A stretch of DNA of 61,948 bases, the filler included, from Nemertoderma westbladi (Eukaryota > Animalia > Xenacoelomorpha), in assembly GCA_032718475.1 (NCBI GenBank). It is 3 parts of 3 records of this genome, joined end to end, with 100 filler letters (N's around TTAATTAATTAA, not from the genome) between each part and the next. Parts side by side here need not be neighbours in the genome. Positions count along the whole stretch, not along the records: positions 28,908 to 53,751 come from JAUCBJ010006675.1; positions 53,852 to 61,948 come from JAUCBJ010004147.1; 1 more part is not named here. One strand, written 5' to 3'. Positions 49,801-61,948 of this stretch are shown here, in pieces (positions within the stretch are counted from its first letter, which is position 1; each line of letters starts with the position of its first letter). The notes under the pieces are model-generated. The model did no database searches. It was not told the origin of the DNA and saw only the letters and a program-made list of their open reading frames with translations. The position numbers and the translations under genes were made by a program.

Positions 49801-52800
49801 TTTCCTTGCATATCCATTTTCTAGATATTTATTTATTTGTGTACGGTATTGTTGATGTACCGTCTCGTTCCTTAGGAGGCGCTGTCTAACTGACTTGAGT
49901 CGTTTCAATGCTAGTGAATAATTGTTTCTCAACTTGGGCCTTTCATTCCGCCACAGCATGCCAACTTCAAAGTGTCCGTTTGGAAGCTTCTTGAGAGTTT
50001 TGTCCATGATGTCTAAAGACTTTCTTTCATTGGCAGACATAGAGAGGTCGTAACTATTTGGCTCAACTGCATCTTGTTCTAACCAGTTTAAAGTTTTGAG
50101 GTCCATTTGTCTATCTATTTCAATTAAATCGTAAGCTTCTCTCAATGCTTCTTCTTCTATCTCATTGCTTTCAATACATTTTAATGCGTTTTGTCTGGTC
50201 AATACATTGCAATTTGCAAAAAACGATGTAGTCTCTACATATTCGCTAGATCCAGGCTCCATACTTATAGGTTTGTTTTGGTCTGCAGTGAAATCCACAT
50301 CGTGGTATTGTTCTGGGTAGTTAAAACGGAAGATGCCATCCATTTTCCTAGAGTCGGTAGAGCTAATTTCACTGATGCAAAACTCACTTTCTAAATCACT
50401 TGGTTCACTTACCTCCGATTTGGTATCAGTTGCTAAGATTCCAACTTCCTTGCTAGGCAACATATTACACATAGCTACGTCGTTGTTGTAACTACTCCAT
50501 TTATTTGGAAACCTAGTATACCACCCTAATATTGTTCTGTTTGCATATGGTTCACCAGGCATAAATTCTACAGGTCTAGTTTCCCAAACCTGATGGGCTG
50601 TGAATATATCAGTTCCAATGATCATCGCAATATTGCGATAATTTACTCTACATTCTGGAATATCTAACTGTGAAATATATTCTCTTTCCAATTTGTTTGG
50701 TAAGGATACCGATCCTAATAATTGTGTAAAATCTCTTATAGCTGCAAACTGAACGTCCTGCAATGGAAGATAATTGAGTTCCCTGGCGCTATGGTGTTGT
50801 CTAGGTAACAGTGAGTCCAATGTTAGCGTCACATGTTTAATCGATACTAATTTCCTACCATGAAGAGACCCAATGTCCATCATATCTGATCTTGCATTTC
50901 GGATATTTGTTACCACACTGGCAATTTCTTCATCCACATAACTATGACTAGAAGCCGGATCCATAAGGCAATATATCCGTTTTGATCCTAACTCACCACT
51001 AATTCTGATCGGAACCACACTGAACGAACTTGTTTGTGCTCGAGTAAGAAATGTAGCATTGTGAGTGGTATCGTATTCAGAGACACCAGTCCCAACATCA
51101 CTTGGTACACCTAAATATCCTTCTTCGCACGAAGATCCAGATTGATTATCATACTCATCAGGTCCTATTCCAGTAAATGTCACATTTCTATTTGGCTCGG
51201 TTGAAGTTATAATCTTGTAGTTGGGATGTTCAGCTAGGTATTGTTTAGTAGGGGTATGCTGTCGAGTATGTAGGAGTCTGTGGTGCAGTCTGCCACAGTC
51301 TGGACACCCCTTCGTTGTAGCACTAGCTGTGCATGCTCTACGTTTGTGACCCGCACCTAGGCACTTCCAACAAGCATCTAAACTTCTAATTGCCAAACGA
51401 CGTTTTTCGACATCTAGTTTACAGAATAGATTACAATTGCCCAATTTGTGATCGTTGTATTTCTGAAATTGTTGGTGACAATATTGGCACCCTCTAAAAT
51501 CTGCCGATAATGTCTGAGATTGTGCTGGATTGATCCTATGGGTGCAGCTACCTTGAGTGTGTCGTCTCTAGTGCTTCCCAGAGAGTTATAAGTCCTAGGT
51601 TGTTCTGCTGAGAAAGCCACTTTCGATTTTAAAACTGAAACTTTCTGATCTCTGTGCAAATATTCTTCAGAATAGTTAGACCGCAGCTCAGACTCTGCTT
51701 CCATCTTTATAATGTTGTAGATATGTTTCAAAGACACCTTTTCTCCTCTGTCCTCAATCTTACTCTCTAACTTTCTCCACTTCTGACGGTGTCTAATACT
51801 CAGCCGCTTAACTACTTCTTTTAGTATGTCTGGCCTCTCACCATAAGACTCGCATCCAAGTGTGGGCTAAACCTGCAGCGCATTATTGATCTCATCTGCT
51901 AATTTTAATAAACCAGCACTATCTGTCGCTGGATTACCACTTGTTAACTCATCTGCTATAGACCTAGCCATTTTAGTGCTCCCACCATAGACCTTTGTTA
52001 ATCTATCGTAAGCAAGTTGAAATGCCCTAGGATTGCCTGTGTAGGTGTCTGCTAAAATACGTGGTTCTTTGTCAAGTAACTGGAACAAATAATTAAACTT
52101 TTCTGTCGGAGTAAAGTCTTGTGCCGCTATTTGTGTCTCCACATAGTTACTAAAAGTACGCCAATACTTTGCATTACCAGTAAATCTTGGTGGTTTCTGT
52201 GGCGGCAATCCTTGCCTTGCAGCAAAGCGCGCTATTTCCTCAGCAATATCTGGTTTTACCTTACAAGCTACCATTGGCTCAGTTTGTACTGGTTCAAAGT
52301 CTACAGTTTGTCTCGTGTGACTTAGTCGATTTTTCGAAATATTCCCCAGTTTACTAGGCCTCTTTTCTACCTTGGTTATGCTGTCCTCACTGTCCGTCCT
52401 GAAGTTATTGTCAATAAATATCACCTTAGGATTAGTCGGCATATAATCTCCTTCTTCATCTACATTATCATATTCATTGTACTCAGCATTCGCATTTCGC
52501 CGAGCTGCTATCCGTTGTCGTTCTATTCGTTCTTCAGATCGAGTAACTCGATCGTCAACACGCTGTATAGCTCCTTGAACTTCTCTTACAATCCTCATTA
52601 CAGGCTCGTTACCCTTCGCAATCGCTTCCTGTACTACTTGTCCAATGGGAAACTTTGGTTCTATAGGTGTATCGGGATTTGGTTGAATATGACTAACATC
52701 TCTCGGGTATAACTCCCCAGATGCATAATGTTCCCCCTCCTCCTTTGTTATAAAGTTTTCTATTGAATGTGTGGCTCGCTCCGCTCCCATAGGGAACAAT

Positions 52801-53751
52801 GGCACTCTAACACTAGTTTCCCTTTCTTCCGGGTTCACTGGAGTTGACTTCATCTTATTGGCTATGTTTGGTTGTTCCGTATTTAGACCTATTCGATTTC
52901 CTCTTAACTTAATGTTATTTCTTAATTTGATGTCATCATGTCTTTTCTGATAATCTTGAAGTGCTATCTCCGCTGGATCAGTACTTTGAGCACCCTTGGC
53001 CATCATATCGTGAAAATGAGTCTTGAATGACGTCATCATATGTTGGTCAGCCGTAGTGTCTCCAGAGTTTCTCCCAGTATTAAATCTAATGACTGAAGAT
53101 TCAAACTTATCGAATCTTTTTAAAAAAGACTGGGCCCTTTCCAGTCCCTTTGAGGTTTCCAAATCTTCTTTCTCTAAAATTATACGTCTTTGAACATCAG
53201 TAATAGCGTCTTGCTTACTCTGATATTCTAAAATTTGCTGTCTTCTTTGCTGTTCTAGAACCATGGTCGCCTTTCGCGCTTCTAAATGTTCGCGCTTATT
53301 TGCAATTAGCTTCTCCCGCTCTGCTTGCCTTAATTTATCTGCATTCCGATCTCGCTCATCATCTGCAGCTCGTTTTACTCTTAAACGCTCCAGCTCCAAT
53401 AAATAAGCATCTTGAATGCGTTTGGTGACACGTTCCCGTTCAGCCCGTTCATCTTCGCGCTTTAAGCGTGCAATTTCTTCTTCTCGTGCTAATCGCTTCT
53501 CATTTGCTTCGCGATCTCGACGGACAGTTTCTAACTCTGCTTCTATACGCAAGCGCTCCAGTTCTGCTACACGTTCACGCTCAATCCGATTTGTATTCGT
53601 TTCAGCCGTCTGTTGGTTTATTTCCTCCAAGTTCATCTGTTGCATATCTCGGGTTAAGTTTAACACCTCTTCTACTTCTTCTGATAACTGTTGATCTGCT
53701 AATTGGCAACGATCTGCTTCCTTCTGCTCAGCAATGAGCCTAGCCTGCTCA
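46830..53751 (-). mobile_element. BEL/Pao LTR retrotransposon internal region (gag-pol); no LTRs seen, 5' end lost at the spacer
   Basis: gag PPRFTGNAKYWRTF...EKFNYL (51867-53666); Cys-His knuckles CWKC...H...C and CPDCGRLHHRLLH; protease DPASSHSYV; RT YLPHH, RVVND, YMDD; RNase H FSDAS, PRAELQAA, NPAD; integrase GLDCFGP, SDKGSNF, WRFNPPDSPWRGGSWE. Confidence 0.95.
47581..51444 (-). CDS. BEL/Pao pol segment (knuckles-protease-RT-RNase H), 1287-aa open frame
   Basis: Uninterrupted ORF with the motifs above; frameshifted relative to gag (near 51440) and integrase (near 47620). Confidence 0.85.
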   Translation of the reverse strand: MGNCNLFCKLDVEKRRLAIRSLDACWKCLGAGHKRRACTASATTKGCPDCGRLHHRLLHTRQHTPTKQYLAEHPNYKIITSTEPNRNVTFTGIGPDEYDNQSGSSCEEGYLGVPSDVGTGVSEYDTTHNATFLTRAQTSSFSVVPIRISGELGSKRIYCLMDPASSHSYVDEEIASVVTNIRNARSDMMDIGSLHGRKLVSIKHVTLTLDSLLPRQHHSARELNYLPLQDVQFAAIRDFTQLLGSVSLPNKLEREYISQLDIPECRVNYRNIAMIIGTDIFTAHQVWETRPVEFMPGEPYANRTILGWYTRFPNKWSSYNNDVAMCNMLPSKEVGILATDTKSEVSEPSDLESEFCISEISSTDSRKMDGIFRFNYPEQYHDVDFTADQNKPISMEPGSSEYVETTSFFANCNVLTRQNALKCIESNEIEEEALREAYDLIEIDRQMDLKTLNWLEQDAVEPNSYDLSMSANERKSLDIMDKTLKKLPNGHFEVGMLWRNERPKLRNNYSLALKRLKSVRQRLLRNETVHQQYRTQINKYLENGYARKMEHPEITTDQTYYLPHHYVTHPEKPGQVRVVNDCSLLYLGQSLNTELMDGPNQNNSLIGILMRFRQNTVAFTCDVEAMFHQVQALECDRDSLRFLWYPNEDLSGDPVIYQMLVRIFGARDSPNGCLYVMKQCAKKQIGNFNYAVILAVIRDFYMDDGLVSCDSVDNGIEIAHGLQKCLATGGFRLTKFKSNSPELLASFPVEDRGSGPIELGSDPIPVAKVLGLVWDPNTDNFQVRVRTLSQNKMLTKRICLSTMSRLFDPLCFISPVVLQARIYLRKIWMSGVQWDEPIDSNVAIEWRKWEDQLPELRNLNIPRVYFPRQATFPSTLELHCFSDASENGLGMVAYIRREVNPGVFETSFVNSRAKTRPTKYMNNPRAELQAATISVGVARTIKRELDTNLKTFFWTDATLVLIYINRDDVQFKTFITNRTAEILDSSLKEDWRHCPGNINPADMASRGMMPRDFVQSDVREFWLHGPVFLSRPIDCWPRIFNCQSGTLPNDAEIKVEKITKSKAKASADFLSRETGIVTKKETVIDSEMDNILDKGLEQSCFMQTTPNDLWRGRLRNRPLMDNDLPSVIIDLNNSVQLTPNVPTATPVDLNSHIDDPSRNIEPTEININTIDKKKLYFDGGQPLEVNPNVDLVSKHQKNKDESGILEPDKSKVIPRPIDLPADTKRWVYDQIINPTSSWTDACRKMAWLRRYVIFLADRQAYLSKHKTIEYRGSRQIGIGYNKTFSAT

Positions 53752-53851
53752 NNNNNNNNNNNNNNNNNNNNNNNNNNNNNNNNNNNNNNNNNNNNTTAAT
53801 TAATTAANNNNNNNNNNNNNNNNNNNNNNNNNNNNNNNNNNNNNNNNNNNN
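53752..53851. other. Artificial contig spacer
   Basis: N44-TTAATTAATTAA-N44, identical to 28808-28907. Confidence 0.98.
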
Positions 53852-53914
53852 TACATTCACGGAGCGAGGTTGATACAGGTGGTATTGTACCATAAAGCCC
53901 GGCGTTTGTCAAGT

Positions 53915-56480
53915 GTTGTCTCCAGCTGATGTTTAGGGCTGCCCTTAGTAGTCTTATGTATCAACCATCAATTCGTTGTTCAAGTGATTTAGTCAGTGTC
54001 CACATCTCACCCTGTATAAAAATACACAAAAATACATGATAATGGCGCCAATTGCGTCACATTGTCAGGATTGATAAGAACTTAATTTCAACATCTGGTG
54101 AGAATACCTGAGCTTCTGTGTCACAATATAACAATCCAATGCCAGCAACGATTACTTCTGGTATTAAATAAGATCTTAGGATTTCAAGCATTTTACCTCA
54201 ATGGATCGAGTCGAATGCCTTCTTGAAGTCCACAAAAGTCATGACTGCGGGGAGATTCTTTGACTTTATTCCTTCAATCAGTCTCCGTAGTGCAAGTTGA
54301 TCCTATTTCGTCTTATTATAATCGTTTTATATGTTCCTATTGTTGATCTACTTGATCGAAATCCGTTTTGGCTCTTACGCAGTAGTTTCTCTATATGAGG
54401 CCTAATCCTATATAGAATCATTTTATTGTATATTTTGGCAGCTACCACAAGCAGACAGATCCCATGATAGTTTGTTTGTATACCGAGGTCTCCTTTCTTG
54501 GGGAGAGGTTTTAGTTGACCTTTAGTCCAAATTGGTGGTGGCTTTTCCCCTTTTAACACTGTTTAGCACTCCTGTTTTCCATACCTGCGCTGGGATTTCA
54601 TCTAATCCACTCGCTTTATTATTGGACATGCTTTTAATGCTTCTTTGGAGTTCGGCAGGTGTGAAGTCCCCTGTCTCTATAGGTAGTGTCTTGGCATATA
54701 TTTTCCTTATAGGGCTGACCTCGATGTTTGGTGGCTGCCCAAGCAAGTTGCTGAAGTGATTTCTCCACTTCCAACACATTCTTCGGTACTATCGGCTTTG
54801 AGGCATCCCTTTGCACAATTTTTCCGACCAGATACCGCATTTACAGTTTTCCAGGTAAGTCTTGATTGTTGCTGTATGTGAGTAGTTGTAATTGCTTCAA
54901 TTTTATCCTGTATGTACTTTTCCTGGCTGATGTTATAGGCCAATTTAAGGTCACCCTTCACTTTCTCAACGTGAAATCGTCGACGTCGAACGTGAATGCA
55001 AACGTCAAATGTTTTCGGTTGTTGGTTGTTTGGTTTTTACTTTGTAGGCTATCTTAAGATATTCTCTCTTACAAGTAACCTTAGAGTTTTGCCACGGCAC
55101 ATACTGTTTTCGTTTGGGTTTCTGGGGGATATGCCTCTTAGCTGATTCCTGAGATTGAATCAGTGGACTGGTCTTCATCCCTTGACTTCAAGGCGGTTTT
55201 GAATTTCTACTGTGTAATCATCCTTTACTGCATTGTCAGTTCTGAGTTTCTCCCAGTCATAGTTGATTTGCTTGCTTGTCCTGGGTTTGCTGGCACTTAA
55301 ACTGAGTCTGATCTCTGCAGGAACAATTCTGTGGTCCGAACCAATTAGGTTGAACAAGCTGTACGCCTCGCAGTTGATCATGCTGTTTGTCCACTTTTTG
55401 TTTATAAGGATGTAATCCAGTTGTGCTTTGGTTCCATTAGGGTATTGAAAGGGCCATAGCTTCACCTTACTCTTTTCAAATGTGGTGTTTGTTGGTATCA
55501 ATTCAAATTCTTCCATTTGGTCTAAAAGTAAGTACCTATTTCTATTAGAACTGGTGGTATAGGTGTAACCCTTGAAGTCTTCTGGGCCAATTTGCGCATT
55601 CCGCACCAGCAATGACTTTAACATCGTGTTTCGGAATGTCCTTTTTAAGTCCAGTTAGATATTCATTATTCTTATCTTGTTCTGGCATTGCATTGGTTGG
55701 ACTGCAGCAACATATTACTGTTGTCTTGGGATTCTCATCAAATGTTGCGATCATAACCCTGGAATTTATAGATTCGATATTGTTTAGGGTCTTAAGTGCA
55801 AATGGGCTTAGCAGAATTCCTACTCCTCCAATTGATGCATTGGCCGAGTTTCTTACTGCTGAGCTTGATACTAACGTCCATCCATTTCCAATGTCATTGT
55901 ACTTCATTGCAGTGTCTTCATGACTAATCCGATGTTCTTGGATGCAGATGATGTCAATATTATATTCCATTGCCAGACTGAACATGTCACCCTGTTTGTT
56001 ATGTGCGTTCAACGTGTGTGCATTCATTGTAGCAATCTTTAGTGTCTTTTTACATTTCAACAGGTTGGTTCTTCTTTCTTCTCTGTCTTCTGTTCCAGTA
56101 AGTAGCCGATTTATCGACCCTAGCCTGGTGTACCACTGAGGGACGCGGTCCTTGTTGACCCGGGCGATGACCGAGCTGGTATTTCTCCTGGAGAGTTATT
56201 ATACTCATATCTTTCAGTAAACTGCTTATGGTCGCAACTCCTACAAGTGTCTTCGCAGTAGGTCGCCATTGGTTGATTACCTTCCGCCGACCTTGTCAGC
56301 ATGTCTAGCTGTTGGTTGATTACCTTCCGCCTATCCATGGCCTACAACCCTGCTGCCAACTCTAGGGGTTCTTTTGTTACACCCTGAACCACGTATGCCT
56401 CCTGGGTTAGGTTACCTAATACTGGTAGAGGAGCATCCAGTATAGACAGAGCGGGGCATGTATCATCTTTCTTGCAGATG
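53915..56480 (-). mobile_element. Degenerate RTE-like LINE (5' UTR, APE, RT)
   Basis: LKIATMN, ICIQEHR, GGVGILL, QLDYIL, SDHR (55175-56060); KASGLDEIP, PLPKKGDL..NYHGICLL, SQNGFR, FVDFKKAFDS (54200-54780); many frameshifts. Confidence 0.9.
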
Positions 56481-59009
56481 CGTACTCAAGCCTTAGCCTT
56501 CAATGGTGCCCTAGGCGCTATAGCACTCAATGACTTATTTAGTTGATGGGGCTAAAACCAACCCACTCTTGATCAACTAAATAATGAATAGGCTACTGGT
56601 GCTTATTGGGCCTGCCCTACGGGGATTGACAACTGTAACCTAGGAAAAATTAACAACCATTTCCTGGTTGAAATACTCTGTCATCTCTCTTTGCATTTTC
56701 TCTGAATCTATTCTCCACCTGACATTTTGGAATGTAGGAGTAGGTATCCTGTAGGAGAGGTCTTATTTTAGACTGTATAATGTCCATCCCATTATTGATG
56801 TTTCCACATAGAATCCATCACCAGATTTCTTGGACCTCTTGATGTTGCCAGTACTGGGCAGATGGAAATCTGGAACAATCACTATATAATTTATTAACAA
56901 TGAATATAAAACATTGTAACTGTACTGGTAAAGAATACTGGAAATGTTATTATAGCAGGAAATTCAAACTGATTCATACCAAACTGTAAAAGTAATGATA
57001 GGTATCGATTGAAAATTGTAAAAATTGTAAAACTTTAATAGTACAATGACATATTTTTTTAAAAATTTTTGAAACTCATTTTTTTAAACTGTTATACATT
57101 TAACCCTATTCAACCTGGGCTAATCTATCCGAGATTCAACCTGGGTGTTGGCGTTTTCTGCCAACAATTTTGAATACATTTTGAATGCGGTAGAAATGTT
57201 CAAATTTAGTTGCGTTTTCGCATGGACACAGACACATATATGGAGCATATAGTGGATTTTTACAAAATAATACAATGTGAAAATACATTGCATAATATTT
57301 TCTAAATTTGAAGAACAATCATACATAACAGGAATATAGGTCCATAATGACAAAACTCGTTTGAATATTCGTATTAATCATTTTATCATTAATATTTCAG
57401 GAAAGATTCAATTATTTGAGTTAGATAACTTCTTGGGAAAGAGTTTGACTTTATTCGGTAATACATATGACACAGCATTGAATGAACTTGGGTTTAATAA
57501 CTTAGCTTCATCCATAAAGTAAGTGGTAAACTATACACAACATCTACGTAAACAATACACCTCTATACTACTGTATATATAAATTGACCTATGTGAGTTT
57601 ATTTACTATTTCACAAAAGGTCTGATTGTTTGGCTCAAAAAATAACACCATTACAATGCCCATTTACATTCACATTTTTACTGGTCCTACTAAACATCCA
57701 AAAGAACCCAAAAATAACAAAAAGTAATAAATTGGCATGTTTAATGCAATTGTTATGCCAGTAAAATCTACTGTTTTTAATATTAGCAAAGCATAAAATC
57801 ACTAAATATTAATAGTATGAATATTATCAACATGAAATGATCCTATTTTATTCTGTAAAGAATATACAAATGTGATAGATGAAGCTACAAGCATGACCTA
57901 CTATAGATACGACCCGCCAACCTGCTGCAAAGCCCCAAAATTTAGTGGGCCAGTTATTTCTCTTATATAGAACCCCTGAAACAATAGGTCTAGCGCGTCG
58001 AAAGTACTTGTCCCTAACTAAAATTATGTCCTCTTTCAGATGAGACAATAAACATTTAATAGCTCCAGTAGTTTTCGAGATATGAGGAGTTCCTGGCACC
58101 CATACCATATCAGCACTTTTCGGAATTGATAAAATTACTCAAAATACAAGCATCACCCTTCAAGACTTTGGTATCACCATTAAACCATATTATGGTTTTT
58201 TGGTTAGTCGAATTAATTATTAGTAATCGAAAGCGAAATTAGAATAAAATCTTCATTGTTTATTTTATAATAGAAACTAAAAGAGCACCAAAATTACAAG
58301 TAGCTCGAAATTTTCAAATAGCCAAAAGTGGTAATTTGGCCTTATAGTTTGGCTACTGAGGTTTTATAATGTGCTGATTTCATTGGCAAGGTTTATAATA
58401 TTGTGGTATTTTCAAAAATGTCCAATGTTTCAGTCGAAAACTCTAAGTCCAACCAGTGCACTTATATTTCAGTACTGCAGTACTCTGGTACTTGTGCGGT
58501 AATGTAGTGAATTATTCAGTATGTGGTATATGCATTGCACTGCACTACTGCGTTAGGCATTACATTCTGCTGATAGTGCTGACTGCATTATGTTGTTACT
58601 GTGTTAGGCATCAATGCCTTATCATTATTACAACTCAGTGGGAACTCAGTGGATGGGATAGTTATGCTGGGTTGTAATGTTTGCAACTTCCTGATTCAAG
58701 AATCCTGACTAAGTTCCAGTCAAATTCCCAGGAATTCATGGAAGCGATAAGCAAATGTAATCAACAGTCCAATGACTGAGAAGGAACAGATAAGGGTCCC
58801 ACCATTCAGAATTACCTTATACCTACTGCAACCCTAAAGTCCATAAGGCAAGGATGGTGTGACACTATGTGATATAGTGGCTTTCACCAACACCCCATTG
58901 GCTATGATATGTAGATAACACCTGGGTGGACTTCCTCGTAGGCGCCACACAGGCTAGTTATTACTTAACAAGTTCAATCCGTTACATAACGATATTAAGA
59001 CTACAGCTG

Positions 59010-59270
59010 AGAAACAGGATATTAAGGGGAAATTACCTTTCTTGGATGTTTTAATTTCTATGGAAAACGGTCGCTTCAATTCCACTGTGAACCAAAAAGC
59101 GACACATTATTTGAACTTTGAGTCGAACCACAATACTAGAGTGAAACAAAGTGTATATTCCGGGCTGTACTATCGTTCCAACAAGCTTTATTCCACCGCT
59201 GCAAATAGGTTGAAAACACAGAATAAATTAGCACACACCTAAACTAAGAATGGTTATCCTACAGTAGCAT
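59010..59270 (+). pseudogene. Penelope-like RT C-terminal fragment
   Basis: LPFLDVLI...STVNQKATHYLNFESNH...K.SV...L..R matches the PLE LPFLDV / VYRKPTH / YL.F.S.H pattern. Confidence 0.75.
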
Positions 59271-60068
59271 TTTAATTATAATTTCCCTTGGATCATATGG
59301 ACTAACTATTCCCCTCTACCCCATTGTATACAATGTAGACCTGGACTCACTTGGAAAACCAAACTACCCTAGCAACATTGAGGCACTTGGGTATACTTGG
59401 ATATACGCTTTCATGCAACTCAGATGTTGAATTGACTTTGAACCTACAGCGATTAAGGCTCCCAGTTGTGGGTTGATTGGCAGTATCACAATAGTGGTTT
59501 GCGGCATACAGGCGCAGGGACAAACTTTTTTTACCATATGTCTGTATGTCCGTCCTACTATAAATAGCGCCGAAATACACATATCCCCCCCTGTGGGTTG
59601 TGGGTTTAATTACCATTACATTCACATTCTGACTGCTATGTAATATGTATGGTATGTAACTGCTCAGAGGTGGTTCCAGTGAATGTGGATGCTCTTCCTC
59701 TATGGAATATAACCAACCACGCTAAACTCGATCAATTACATATTTTTTATGTCGTGGTTGCAATATAATTTTAAAAATCTAATAAAGCCAGTGGTTTGAA
59801 TTGAATAAATAATAATTCAAGTATTTCATTTCATAAACATATTAATTATCACAACTAACAAGAAAATAGGAATGATGGCGAACTAAAATTGAAATATAAG
59901 AATATTACCTTATACATAGTGGGAAACATAACATCAGTTAATTGAAAGATAACGAGTAGAAAAGATGGAAAAGTAGGAAAGATAGCGTTTTGAATTTTCC
60001 GACTTGTTGGCAACTGTTGGTCCTTGATGTGTCCCGACATCTATGTGGGATGTACCTAAATGATGTGG

Positions 60069-61948
60069 CTAGGTGAACTCCCAAGCAAGAGTATGTCCTT
60101 TATCCCAATGAGTCAATGTGAGTCCATCAGGACGCTTCCCATAATCTCTGGAAAGACCCAGTGGCTCCAATATTCCAGGGATATTTGCTGATTGTAGTGA
60201 ATGATGAATTTCCTCATTGCAAAATCTGTGTCTTGCATGTCTGCTCTTACAATGTTGACAACTGAGCACGTGGTTACCTAAGCTATACACTCCAGCACCA
60301 CATAGAGATGTGTATGCAGTAGAGGTGTTAGCATCAAGGTGAAGAGCAACAAATGCGACAAATGTAGACCCAAAGGATGTGAAGGGAGTTGAGCCAGTCC
60401 CTACATCCCTTTGAAATGACAACCTCGTATTGCACCAATTTGGCCTGGTCTGGTTGGTCTTATTAATGTTCGCTTATGTAGTGGAGCTGTCCAATTGCAT
60501 TGCCTCTGTGTGTTCTTAGATTGATCTGCTCCTCCAGTTACTTCTTGTCATGTGTCGATGGCACATTTACTGGATTCAGTTAGGTCCAGTGAACCTGGAT
60601 CTATGTTCAGAGTTTCTGCGGAGAGATAGGCTGCTCCATGTCTAGACACTAAGTAGGTGGATGCAGATACTTGCAGTATGCTCGCGATGCCACCTGATTT
60701 TATTGGAAGGCTAATTTGTGTCCATACTGCGCTATCTGGGCCTATCTGTACGTTCATTATAACCCCCAGTGTCTCTCTGATGGTTCCATTGTACTGACTT
60801 AGTATATCATCATGTTGAATGGCAGAGAAGGTGCGAAGAGTGTATAGGAGTTTCAGGATTGAGAAGCAGTTTTTAAGGAGGAAATATGCATCATGGTATT
60901 AATGATCTGTAGGCGCTTACATAGAAACTTAAATGTTCCAAACTTCGAATTGAGCTTTTCTTTGACTGCATCTTCACCGAGTCATGAACCAAAAAGATCG
61001 AGATCGTTGTGTGAAACAATCTTGATTGAGGGGCATACTTTCTTAAAATCAGCTATGATTGTGTCACAGTTTGGACCAAACACAGTTAGTACACACTTCT
61101 TCTCATTAAGTGAAAGGCCAGTGGAAGACTCGTTTTGTAAAAGTGTTAGATCATGAAGGACTGTTTGCCAATGATCACCAGCAGATATATTGTCCAGATA
61201 GCCTACCCTGAATCGGCTCTTCATTTGATTAGAGGTAGACTCATGGATTCCAAAGCAGATGCCCAAAACGGCCTTCTTCAGACAGGATGATTTGCTTATT
61301 GTCATAACCCTAGGTTGGTATCTGGTAGCTCATACAGAAAAATGGATACAGTTCTGAAAGTTCCTTGATGATGGATGACTTCTGGTCTCATCGCATCGTG
61401 TTAAATGCATTTGAATAGTCTATCTTCAAGAATGTGTCATCCACCTGAGCTTTAAAATGAACGGTCAAACTGCATGAACAGCTGCTCCCGCACCATATAG
61501 AATGCCCAATCCAACCTGAAGGGGTGATAGTCCAGGTGCAACTTTTGGGCTCACAGCTGAGGATGCACACAGGCAGTGAGAAGGGCACCGCACCCATTGC
61601 CTATGGCAATGGGTGTGGATTGCCCAGACTGGTTTCAGGAGTGCAATTAAATTAGCACCTGCCAGAATTGGGCAAACAGAAATTGGAATAGATAGATAGG
61701 ATAGATAGGAGTAATGTTTCTTTTGCTGGGTAGTGGGCTATGGCGTCCTTCAGATGTTGAGGGTGAAGGCCAGAAATTCCCCATGCCGATCCTGTTGGAA
61801 AGCCCATAATTCCTACTTTTATCTGTTCTGCAATAAACTGGATCACTGGGGTGCTTGGGTCAGATGGGAAGTAGTTGGAGCAGCTGGTAGTTTTTTCCTC
61901 AATGAATTTAAGTTTTCAACTGTAGCTGGTGCAATATTGTAATAGAAA
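60069..61948 (-). mobile_element. Degenerate CRE-like (RLE-encoding) non-LTR retrotransposon
   Basis: GSAWGISGLHPQHLKD, LKIDYSNAFNT, YLDN (RT core), GLSLNEKKC, QISLPIKSGG, HVLSC...RHARH, KRPDGLTLTHW..G..LAWE. Confidence 0.8.

Noticed and set aside
56300-56480. HDV-like ribozyme at the RTE 5' end
   Set aside because: A stem ATACTGG/CCAGTAT around CTCCTC is present on the minus strand, but I could not build the nested double pseudoknot; needs a covariance-model search
57100-57150. piggyBac-like terminus TTAA-CCCTATT (similar end at ~29600-29650)
   Set aside because: No matching partner end found, so no element could be delimited

Overview
AT-rich, intron-containing, transposon-dense eukaryotic DNA. 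The element inventory is typical of a marine invertebrate; the taxon cannot be assigned from sequence alone. Two artificial 100-nt spacers (N44-TTAATTAATTAA-N44) split the window into three pieces (1-28807, 28908-53751, 53852-61948). Three host genes can be read. (i) The last two coding exons of a Cys-loop/nicotinic acetylcholine receptor-type subunit (+, 6346-6596 and 11155-11283), whose final intron holds about 100 copies of a 36-bp unit containing a cUUCGg hairpin. (ii) A complete 3-exon, 162-aa calmodulin/troponin C-like EF-hand gene (+, 37955-40686). (iii) The terminal exon of an RREB1/hindsight-like C2H2 zinc-finger gene (-, 43926-45384). The rest is mostly mobile DNA: a GalEa-type Copia gag with one LTR, a decayed Gypsy, a near-intact BEL/Pao, a CR1/L2-group LINE with a 2A (StopGo) motif and PHD finger, several RTE-like fragments, Penelope and CRE-like (RLE) fragments, and Harbinger-, Tc1/mariner-, Mutator-foldback-, Helitron- and Helentron-type non-autonomous elements. 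The most unusual observation is in the EF-hand gene: the 3' splice site of intron 1 has been amplified into 20 tandem 39-bp copies, each carrying TACTAAC and TAG|GT, and only the last acceptor gives a stop-free mRNA. Also notable are a signal-peptide-plus-2A leader on the LINE and a ~1 kb palindrome centred on a CRE motif upstream of the EF-hand gene. All calls come from manual motif reading; no database searches were run.
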